Shown: positions 9,161 through 17,275 of the stretch, piece after piece
How the letters are laid out: every line of letters starts with the position of its first letter
How positions within the stretch are numbered: position 1 is the first letter of the stretch
Source of the DNA: an uncultured Acidobacteriota bacterium
Lineage (GTDB): Bacteria; Acidobacteriota; Thermoanaerobaculia; UBA5066; Gp7-AA6
Length of the DNA stretch: 64,000 bases
Reading direction: 5' to 3'
NCBI GenBank assembly: GCA_963764715.1
Contig: CAVXTP010000003.1
Span: forward strand, 64,001-128,000
The notes under the pieces: model-generated
What the model was told of the DNA's origin: nothing
Databases searched by the model: none
The model's input: the letters and a program-made list of their open reading frames with translations, nothing else
Translations under genes and position numbers: made by a program

Positions 9161-11370
9161 GACGGCCGCCTCCCGAGGCGGACGGGCTCGCCGAGGTGCC
9201 AGAGGACGAGGATCGTCAGGAGCGCCGCCGCGGAGATCGCGGCGCCGGCGTAGAACGCCGTCGGTCGGTAGCGGAAGACGACCCGGTGGGTCCCGGCCGG
9301 TAGCGCGACCGCGCGAAACCATCCGTCCGCCCGAAGGAGCGGGAGCCGCTTCCCGCCCTCTTCCGCGACCCAGCCCGGATAGTGGAGGTCCGTCAGGACG
9401 AGGAGGCCGGCGTAGCTCGCCGTCACCTCGGCCACGACCTCCTCCGGCTCGTCGGAGGCGAGGTGCGCGACGAGCAGCGGCGTCGCGTCCGGCGGGCCCG
9501 CGGGATCGGGCGCGGGCCGGCGGTCGAGCAGCACTTCGCGCGTCAGGTCGACCTCGCCCGCGGCGACCCGCTTCCACGCGCGCTCCGCGTCCGGCTCGAT
9601 CCGGTAGCCGCGCACGTACGACAGCCGCGGCCGGTAGGGAGCGAGCGGAGCGCGGAAGAAGTCGCCGATCTTGCGCGACGGCAGCCGCGCCGGCGGAAAG
9701 GGCGTCCACAGGGCGCGCGCGCTCGCGGCGCCGGCCGGCAGCGCGTCCTCGGCGGCCCCGACCGATTCCTCGATCGCGGCGGCGGCCGCCGTCTTCAGCG
9801 GCGCCGCCGTGCGGAGCGTCGGGACGCGGCAGCCGAGGTTCGTGTAGCCGAGGAGCGACTCGCGCTGGCGTCGCAGCATCGCGGCGTCGAACGTTCCGTC
9901 GCGGAGCGTCCAGCCCGCGAGAAGCGCCATCGGAGGAGTGACGATGCGGCCGGCCACCCGCGCGAGCGGCTCCACGAGCTCCGGGCAGCGGCGCACGTCG
10001 GCCTCGGGCGCAAACCGCGGAACGTCCGCGAGACCGAGCGCGAGGGCGGCGACGAGGGCCGCGGCCGCCGACCCGGAGAGAAGCACGCCCCACGCCGGCC
10101 GGGCCCCCGGGCCGAGCGCCAGGAGTCCGACGGCCGCGCTGCCGAGGCCGCACGCCAGGCGCACCGGGAGGGGCAGCGGCGCGAGCGTCGCGAGGAGGAG
10201 CGCGCCGACCGCGGCGAGCCCGAAAACCGCACGCGCCCGCACCCCGCGCGCCGAAAACCGGAGGGCGTCGAGCCCCAGCCCCGAGAGCATCGCGAGACCG
10301 AACGCGGTCCAGGCGAGCCCCTTGCCCGCGTAGCGGACGCGATCGAGCGGCGGGATCGCGCGCAGCCACGCGCCCGGCGGCCCGGCCCCCGCGAGGACGA
10401 CGCCCGCGACGGCCACGATCGCGAGAATCACCGCGAGCCGCCGCCGGTGGCCCTCCGAAAACGCCGCCGCCGCCGCGACCAGGACGAACGGCGGCAGGAA
10501 GAGCGAGGCGAGGTAGGCCCCCCCGAAGAAGGGAGGCGAGAAACCCGCGAGCGACAGCGCGTCGCGGACGCCGACCGCGCCGAGGTCGCGCTCGGCCGCC
10601 GGTCGGGCCGAGCGACGGTCCGAGTGGAGGCCGAGCTCCCCCATCGGAACGAGGACCCACGCCGCGAGCGCCAGGCCGAGCAGGATCGCCGCTCCCGAGC
10701 GGCGGAGCGCGGCGAAGCGGGGCGTCGGGGCGACCGGCTCCGGAAAGGGCGCCCGGGGGCTCGCCGCCAGAACGAGCGCGAGGACGATCGACGCCGCGGA
10801 CATCTCCGGGCTGCCCGCCATCGCCTGGAGGCCCACGAGGGCGGCGAGGCCGAGGGTCGACGCCCGCGTCGCGAGGCCCGAGCGGGCGAGCGCGGCGATC
10901 GCCGGCAGGTACGCGAAGGCGCCGAAGTGGTTCCAGTAGACCGAGAACGAGGCCGCGAAACCGGAGGCCGCGAAGACCGCGGCCCCCAGGAGCGCTCCGG
11001 CGTCCGAGACGTTCTCCTCCTTGAGGAACCGGCGCGCTCCCCACGCCGCGATCGCGAAGTGGAGGAGCAGGAAGAGCGCGCCGGCGAGCGCCGCCGAGGG
11101 CAGCAGGAAGAGGAGCGTCGGCGGATAGAAGACGCCGCCCTGGCCGTTGGCGAGCCAGGGCTCGCCCGCGCCCGACAGCGGGTTCCAGAGAGGCAGGGAT
11201 CCCGAGCGCAGCCGCTCGACCGTGTAGAGCTTGAGCGGGTAGAAGAAGTCGCCCTGGTCCCGGAGCGTGGGGGCCTCGCGCCGCAGGAGCGCGGGGGAAA
11301 GCCACATCACGGCGGGAAGGAGGGCCGCGGCCGCGCAGACTCCGGAAACGAGCCGACGGCGCAGCAACAC
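9157..11370 (-). CDS. YfhO-like polytopic GT-C membrane glycosyltransferase (copy 1)
   Basis: RDQGDFFYP..LPLWNPLSGAGEPWLAN..FYPP N-terminal motif, many TM helices, C-terminal LVLTDLHYPGW..RADGWFRAVALPAGTHRVVFRYRP domain typical of YfhO. Confidence 0.75.
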   Translation of the reverse strand: MLLRRRLVSGVCAAAALLPAVMWLSPALLRREAPTLRDQGDFFYPLKLYTVERLRSGSLPLWNPLSGAGEPWLANGQGGVFYPPTLLFLLPSAALAGALFLLLHFAIAAWGARRFLKEENVSDAGALLGAAVFAASGFAASFSVYWNHFGAFAYLPAIAALARSGLATRASTLGLAALVGLQAMAGSPEMSAASIVLALVLAASPRAPFPEPVAPTPRFAALRRSGAAILLGLALAAWVLVPMGELGLHSDRRSARPAAERDLGAVGVRDALSLAGFSPPFFGGAYLASLFLPPFVLVAAAAAFSEGHRRRLAVILAIVAVAGVVLAGAGPPGAWLRAIPPLDRVRYAGKGLAWTAFGLAMLSGLGLDALRFSARGVRARAVFGLAAVGALLLATLAPLPLPVRLACGLGSAAVGLLALGPGARPAWGVLLSGSAAAALVAALALGLADVPRFAPEADVRRCPELVEPLARVAGRIVTPPMALLAGWTLRDGTFDAAMLRRQRESLLGYTNLGCRVPTLRTAAPLKTAAAAAIEESVGAAEDALPAGAASARALWTPFPPARLPSRKIGDFFRAPLAPYRPRLSYVRGYRIEPDAERAWKRVAAGEVDLTREVLLDRRPAPDPAGPPDATPLLVAHLASDEPEEVVAEVTASYAGLLVLTDLHYPGWVAEEGGKRLPLLRADGWFRAVALPAGTHRVVFRYRPTAFYAGAAISAAALLTILVLWHLGEPVRLGRRPS

Positions 11371-11424
11371 CCGACTATTGTAGCGGCCGGTGCGCCTCCG
11401 GGCGGTCCGAGCGCGATCGCCGGA

Positions 11425-11910
11425 TCAGAACTGCGTCCCCTCGGGCCACTGGATGAAGGTGCCGTTGGAATAGTAGATGTCGTCGTTGAAGTTCGTCGTC
11501 GTGCCGCAGTTGATCGCGGTGTTCGACTTGTCGCGGCCGTAGGAGACCAGCACGTAGGAGTCGTTGGGAACGTTGGAGCCGTAGCGGAAGAAGTCGCCCC
11601 AGCCGTCGATCTTCGGGGCCTGGGCGATGTAGGTCGGCGACAGGTTCGAGAACGAGCCCGTCGTCAGCGTCACGCTCGTCGTCGTGTAGATGCCGCCCGC
11701 GCAGGTCGTGGCCGCCGGGTACTGGTTGTTGTCGACGGCGTAGGCCTCGATCGCGGTCGCGAGCGCCCGCATGTCGCTCATGGTTCGCTTCTGCTTGCCG
11801 CGCTGGACCGCGTTCAGCAGGTTCGGAATCGCGATCGCCGCCAGGATGCCGATGATCGCGATGACGATCAGGAGCTCGATCAGCGTGAAGCCGGACTCGC
11901 GCTTTTCCAT
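11425..11910 (-). CDS. Major type IV pilin / GspG-like pseudopilin, diverged copy 3 (161 aa)
   Basis: MEKRESG|FTLIELLIVIAIIGILAAIAIPNL; DGWG and SYGRD GspG-like motifs; two Cys; paralog of the two upstream copies. Confidence 0.9.
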   Translation of the reverse strand: MEKRESGFTLIELLIVIAIIGILAAIAIPNLLNAVQRGKQKRTMSDMRALATAIEAYAVDNNQYPAATTCAGGIYTTTSVTLTTGSFSNLSPTYIAQAPKIDGWGDFFRYGSNVPNDSYVLVSYGRDKSNTAINCGTTTNFNDDIYYSNGTFIQWPEGTQF

Positions 11911-11960
11911 GACGGGCCTCCGGGGACCGATGGTTAGAGCTTGGACTATTCGAAAAGAAT

Positions 11961-11976
11961 TGCAAGAGGGACGCCA
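11961..11976 (-). promoter_or_regulatory. sigma54 -24/-12 promoter of pilin copy 3
   Basis: Minus strand TGGCGTCCCTCTTGCA (TGGC-N7-TTGCA, GG-N10-GC). Confidence 0.75.
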
Positions 11977-12100
11977 GCACGGCGGACGGGTAAACGCCGA
12001 CTGCTCAGTCGCTTGCGGAAGACCCTCCGCGTCGGCCGACAATTCGGGTCGCCGTGCGCTGACAATCCGCGGCTCAACGGGAAGCCGCGGCCGAGCAAAG

Positions 12101-12130
12101 AAAAACGGCCCCGGTTGCCCGGGGCCGTTT
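12101..12130 (-). terminator. Rho-independent terminator after pilin copy 2
   Basis: AAACGGCCCCGG-TTGC-CCGGGGCCGTTT hairpin followed by a U-tract on the minus strand. Confidence 0.8.
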
Positions 12131-12154
12131 CGAGTTCGCTCGAAACCGGGCCGA

Positions 12155-12640
12155 TCAGAACTGGGTGCCTTCCGGCCACTGGATGAACGTGCCGTTGGAG
12201 TAGTAGATGTCGTCGTTGAAGTTCGTCGTCGTGCCGCAGTTGATCGCGGTGTTCGCCTTGTCGCGGCCGTAGGACGCGATCACGTAGTTGTTGCCCGGAG
12301 CGTCCGAGCCGTAGGTGAGGAACGTTCCCCAGCCGTCGATCTTCGGGGCCTGGGCGATGTAGGTCGGCGACAGGTTCGAGAACGAGCCCGTCGTCATCGT
12401 CACGCTGGTCGTCGTGTAGATGCCGCCCGCGCAGGTCGTCGCGGCCGGGTACGAGTTGTTGTCGACCGCGTACGCCTCGATCGCCGTCGCGAGGGCACGC
12501 ATGTCGCTCATCGACCGCTTCTGCTTGCCGCGCTGAACCGCGTTCAGCAGGTTCGGAATCGCGATCGCCGCCAGGATGCCGATGATCGCGATGACGATCA
12601 GCAGCTCGATCAGAGTAAAACCGGACTCCCGCTTCTTCAT
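12155..12640 (-). CDS. Major type IV pilin / GspG-like pseudopilin, copy 2 (161 aa)
   Basis: MKKRESG|FTLIELLIVIAIIGILAAIAIPNL; GGAGG RBS upstream; one residue different from copy 1. Confidence 0.92.
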   Translation of the reverse strand: MKKRESGFTLIELLIVIAIIGILAAIAIPNLLNAVQRGKQKRSMSDMRALATAIEAYAVDNNSYPAATTCAGGIYTTTSVTMTTGSFSNLSPTYIAQAPKIDGWGTFLTYGSDAPGNNYVIASYGRDKANTAINCGTTTNFNDDIYYSNGTFIQWPEGTQF

Positions 12641-12679
12641 TCTGTTTTCCCTCCGTTAAGTGTTTCTGACGGGGACTGG

Positions 12680-12695
12680 AGCAAGACGCGGGCCA
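12680..12695 (-). promoter_or_regulatory. sigma54 -24/-12 promoter of pilin copy 2
   Basis: Minus strand TGGCCCGCGTCTTGCT. Confidence 0.75.
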
Positions 12696-12722
12696 TCGGA
12701 ACCCGACGCACAAGTCATGCGT

Positions 12723-12735
12723 AATCAGACACTTA
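12723..12735 (+). promoter_or_regulatory. Candidate IHF site upstream of the pilin copy 2 promoter
   Basis: AATCAGACACTTA matches WATCAR-N4-TTR, about 30 bp upstream of the -24 element. Confidence 0.45.
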
Positions 12736-12817
12736 TGGCTGCGTCACACGGCCGCATATTCCGCGTTTTGTCAGTCCCATGAGCAAATCGGTGACGAAAT
12801 CTCGACCCGCGAAAAGG

Positions 12818-12844
12818 AAAAAGGCCCCGATCGCTCGGGGCCTT
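12818..12844 (-). terminator. Rho-independent terminator after pilin copy 1
   Basis: AAGGCCCCGA-TCGC-TCGGGGCCTT hairpin followed by a U-tract on the minus strand. Confidence 0.8.
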
Positions 12845-12867
12845 CGTCGAAACGCCGGGGAGAACGA

Positions 12868-13353
12868 TCAGAACTGGGTGCCCTCCGGCCACTGGATGAA
12901 CGTGCCGTTGGAGTAGTAGATGTCGTCGTTGAAGTTCGTCGTCGTGCCGCAGTTGATCGCGGTGTTCGCCTTGTCGCGGCCGTAGGACGCGATCACGTAG
13001 TTGTTGCCCGGAGCGTCCGAGCCGTACCGGAGGAACGTTCCCCAGCCGTCGATCTTCGGGGCCTGGGCGATGTAGGTCGGCGACAGGTTCGAGAACGAGC
13101 CCGTCGTCATCGTCACGCTGGTCGTCGTGTAGATGCCGCCCGCGCAGGTCGTCGCGGCCGGGTACGAGTTGTTGTCGACCGCGTACGCCTCGATCGCCGT
13201 CGCGAGGGCACGCATGTCGCTCATCGACCGCTTCTGCTTGCCGCGCTGAACCGCGTTCAGCAGGTTCGGAATCGCGATCGCCGCCAGGATGCCGATGATC
13301 GCGATGACGATCAGCAGCTCGATCAGAGTAAAACCGGACTCCCGCTTCTTCAT
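12868..13353 (-). CDS. Major type IV pilin / GspG-like pseudopilin, copy 1 (161 aa)
   Basis: Same prepilin N-terminus; ATG at 13353 gives 161 aa like the other copies; GGAAGGG RBS-like sequence upstream. Confidence 0.92.
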   Translation of the reverse strand: MKKRESGFTLIELLIVIAIIGILAAIAIPNLLNAVQRGKQKRSMSDMRALATAIEAYAVDNNSYPAATTCAGGIYTTTSVTMTTGSFSNLSPTYIAQAPKIDGWGTFLRYGSDAPGNNYVIASYGRDKANTAINCGTTTNFNDDIYYSNGTFIQWPEGTQF

Positions 13354-13395
13354 GGACGCCCTTCCTTTCAAATGTTTCTGCTTCGGCAATACCGC

Positions 13396-13411
13396 AGCAA
13401 GCGCTAGGCCA
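13396..13411 (-). promoter_or_regulatory. sigma54 -24/-12 promoter of pilin copy 1
   Basis: Minus strand TGGCCTAGCGCTTGCT, with an AT-rich tract upstream. Confidence 0.75.
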
Positions 13412-13489
13412 GCCCCCATACAGTGAGTTAAGTGTATCGGTTTCAGGGGTTTGAATCAAACTGGCGGGCCGCCGGAACGCCGATTTTCG

Positions 13490-14941
13490 TCAGGGTGCGT
13501 TGTGACGGCTGACACTCTTTGCGAGCGCCCCGTCGCCCCCGGGCGGGGGCGGAAAGAGCGCGAATTCCTCGACGACGTCGGAAAGCAGCGTCACCCCGTT
13601 CAGGTAGTCCCGCAGGAAGACCCGTTCGTCGTTGCCGTGCCGGCGCACGGCGTCGGTGATGTTCATCGGGACGGCCTGGAAACCGTAGGTCGGGATGCCG
13701 CGGGCCCGCAGGAAGATCGAGGTCGTGTAGCCGCCGTAGGTCGGCAGCGGGCCGAACGGGATGCCCGGGTCGGTCGCCTCCGCGACGCGCGCGGATGAGC
13801 TCCGTGAAGGGCGTGGGGTACGGGCTCGCCACGGTCACCTCGGCGTCGATCGACGTGACGACCGTCAGGTGCTCGCGCCGCGCGTCCTCGTCGACCGGCC
13901 GCATGAAGGGCTCGGCCGAGATCCCCGGCGGCACGGAGATCGCGATGAATCGCCTCGGAAAACCCGGGCCGCGCCGGGTGCCGGTAGATGGGCGACCAGT
14001 CGATCCGCGGCTCGAGAAAGCTGCCGTAGCGGTTGGGCAGGATGGCGAGCTCGGCCGGGTTCTTGATCACGCGGTCGAGGTGGCGGAGCGGATCGGTCAG
14101 CGGCGACGCCATGCGGTTGGCGAGCAGGTCGAAGCCCAGCGACGACCTGCGGGTGCGGCGTGACGGGAGGCGACGTCGATCTTGCGGTAGCGGGCGGCGA
14201 GCCTCTCCAGCGGCTCCTCGCTCGAAGCCTCGAACTCGCGCACGATGTAGCCGGCCTGGACGGTCTCGAGCCCCCAGAACACGACGTCCCGCAGGATGAC
14301 CTCCGTCGTGCCGCCCTCGTTCAGGACCTCGCGGACGCCCGCGAACCACTCCGGCCGGTTCGCCATGAGCCAGCGCGCGCCCCACTTGCCTCCGCCCTCC
14401 TCGTCGGCCTCGGCGAGAAACAGGATGTCGTTCTCGGGCACGATGCCGCGCCGCTTCAGGCGCGCCAGGGCGAAGGCCTGGGCCAGGCCGAGCGACTTCA
14501 TGTCGTAGACGCCGCGCCCGTACAGGAAGCCGAGCTTGATCTGGCCGTCGCACGGCTGCGACTCCTGCCAGTACTGCGGGAAGGCGTCGACGACGTCGAT
14601 GTGGTTCAGGAGCAGCAGCGCCCCGTCGCGCCGCTTCCCCGGGAGCCGCGCGAGGACGTTGCAGCGCCCCGGCGCCGGGCAGACCGTCTCGGCCTCGATC
14701 CCCTCGCAGTCGAAGAACCGCTGAAGGAGCGCCGCGCCCTCCTTCTCGCCGTGCGTGTACGAGGTGTTGATCCGGACGTAGTCCCGGAGCCAGCCGGACG
14801 GGCTCCTCGCGCAGCCAGTCCTCGGCCGACCGCTTCACGTCGTCGGAGACGACCCGGGCGGCGGACGGGCGCTCGCTCCGTGCGGGCGCACGCGGCCCAC
14901 AGAAGCGGCAGGGCGAGCCCGACCGCAAGAATCCTTCTCAT
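13490..14941 (-). pseudogene. M20/M25/M40 metallopeptidase, probable lipoprotein, broken by several frameshifts (pseudogene or sequencing error)
   Basis: Pieces in different frames: MRRILAVGLALPLLWAAC lipobox; LLLLNHIDVV; LYGRGVYDMKS; AEADEEGGG; LNEGG; IPTYGF..HGNDERV. Confidence 0.75.
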
Positions 14942-17275
14942 GTCGTCCTCCGGCGCAGGTGCGAAACAACCAGGCCCGCGGCAATCATCCCGAAGAGCAG
15001 GGGCCCGCCCAGGGATAGGGGAAGACCCGGCAGCCGCTCCTCCCAGGCCACCCGGTGGGCCCCGGCCGGCATCGGAACGGCGGAGAACCCGAGCTGCGCC
15101 GGGACGGCCTCGACCGGCCGCCCGTCGAGGGTGACCGCGCGGTAGGGCCAGAAGGCCCGCAGGACGAAGAGCCAGGTCGGGTCCGGCGACGAGACGTCCG
15201 CGACGAGCCGCTCGGGCCGGTCCTCGAGGATGCGGACGGACCCCGGCCCCGCGGCGCCCGCGGCCAGGCGGCCGCTCTCGAGCACGAGCTCGCCTTCGGC
15301 GAGGCCCGCGATCGTCCCGAGGGCCTGGATCGGTCCCGGCGCCTCGCGCCACTTCTCGAGGAGCCGGACGTCGGGAAACGCGCGCACGTGCTCGTCCCAG
15401 GCCTGCAGTGCGTCGCCGCCGACGGGGTGATACCCGGCCAGGGCCTCCTGGTCGCGGAAGCGGATGCCGAAGCGCAGCGCGACCGCGCCGAAGAAGTTGG
15501 CCGAGTCGCGGTAGCCGGTCGCCATGCCCGAGAGGCGCCGCAGGCTCTCGACCCGGGACAGATCGCCGACGTCGAAGTCCTCGTTGAAGACCATGCCGCG
15601 GCCCCAGAAGAGCGGCGTCTGCTGGTACCAGAGGCGGCGGCTGATCTCGGGGCCGGCGAGCGCGGCCGTGTTCTGCTGGAGCTCGAGCGGCGAGAGGCCC
15701 TGGAAGAACGATTCGGAGATCGTCCGGTAGCGGCCCTCCGGGTCGCGGCGCTCGAGGTACCGGGCGAAGGCCGTCGGCCCGAAGATCCGGTCCTCGGCCG
15801 TCGCGACGGCGATTTTCCGGTTCGCGAGGACGGGCACGGCGGTCAGGAGAGCGAGCGCCCAGGCGAGACCCGACGCGCGGCCGCGCCGGGCGAGGGCGTC
15901 GAGCGCGACGACCGTGCCGATCCAGCACAGGCCGGCCTCCGCGAGCGCGAGCGGCAGCGTCCGCGCGGCGTCGGGCGCGCGGGACGGATCGCTTCCGACG
16001 AGCCGTACGGCGAGCCGCGCCGCGCCGTCGCGATCGAGCGCGGCGCCCGCGGCGAGAAGCGTCAGGAGGGCGCCGATTCCGAGGAGGGTCCGGAGGCGCC
16101 CGGGGCGCTCCCGCCACGCGTCGAATGCGATCGCGGCGAACAGGGCGAGAGCGAAGACGACGGCGACCGCGAGCTTCTCGGGGTTGCGGAGCGGCAGCGG
16201 CGAGGAGAGCGGCGGCGATCCGGGCCGGAACGAGGCTCGGCAGGACGCTCGCGGCGAGCGACGCGACGAGGAGAACCCGCGCGAACCGCGCCCCCCGGAC
16301 GCGCGACGCTCCACGCGCGCACGGCGGCGATCGGAGCGAAGGCCCCGGCGTACAGCGTCGGGAAGAGGCCCATCACGCGCCCGCCCCGGATCGCCGGGCT
16401 CCACATCTCCAGCCGCGACATCTCCCAGGCCGCGCCGAAGGGATACGGGACCACGAGCTCGACGAGGCGCCACGGGTGGATCGAATAGGCCAGCACGTCC
16501 CCGAGCCTCATGCCGAGCACGGCGCGGTTCGTCTGCGGGATCCAGAGGGCGGTCGCGACGATCTGCGGCGCCGCCGCCAGCGCTCCGGCCGCGACGGCCC
16601 CGCCGAGCCTCGCCGCGGAGCCGAGGCCCGAGCCGTGATCCTCTTCGAGGGCGATCCAGAGCGCGGCCGCCGCCACGGCGATCGCGATCGTGAAGATGTC
16701 GGCCGCCAGGAAGTCGAGGGCGAACAGGAGCGCGAGCGTCAGGAACCGCGAGGACGGCGAGCCGGACCGGCGAGCCACCGCCCAGACGATCCACGGCAGC
16801 AGCGCCATGCCCGCCTGGATGTGCGAGAAGAAGGCCTCGCCGACGACGACCCCCGAGAGCACGTAGGTCACCGCCGCGATCCAGGCCGCGGCGGCGGACC
16901 GGCCGATCGAGGCCGCGAGCACCAGCATCCCGAGGCCCGCCGCGATCCAGTGAACGAGCGGGAAGATCCGCGCCGAAAGGGGAAACGGCAGAGGCGCCAG
17001 CAGCACGCGGAGCGGGTAGAACGCCCCGACGTTCGGGTTCGGCGCGAGCGGCCGGCCGCCCGAGATCTCCGGCGTCCAGACCGGGAGCTTCCCGCGCGCC
17101 CAGGCGTCGTGGATGCTCTTCTCCATCGGCAGGTTGTAGGCGACCATGTCGCGCCCCGCGAAGTTCGACCGCGAGACGAGCGTGTTGCGCGTAGAGGACG
17201 AGGACGAGCGCCGCGAAGAGAAGCGCGCAGGGCCAGCGACGCGCGGCCGGGCGCACCGGGCGGGCTCGCGCTCAC
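14938..17275 (-). pseudogene. YfhO-like GT-C membrane glycosyltransferase (copy 2), frameshifted
   Basis: GRDMVAYNLPMEKSIHDAWARGKLPVW..SGGRPLAPNPNVGAFYP in one frame; LPLRNPEKL..GDLSRVESLR..VPAQLGFSAVPMPAGAH in another; clear paralog of 19567-21915. Confidence 0.7.

Noticed and set aside
8366-11305. 979-aa extended PilD
   Set aside because: PilD motifs start at GTG 9160; the upstream part is an off-frame shadow of the YfhO-like gene.
12155-13353. Pilin duplication as a pure assembly artefact or as silent pilS-type cassettes
   Set aside because: Flanks are unrelated, and each copy is full length with its own RBS, sigma54 motif and terminator; read-level confirmation is still advisable.
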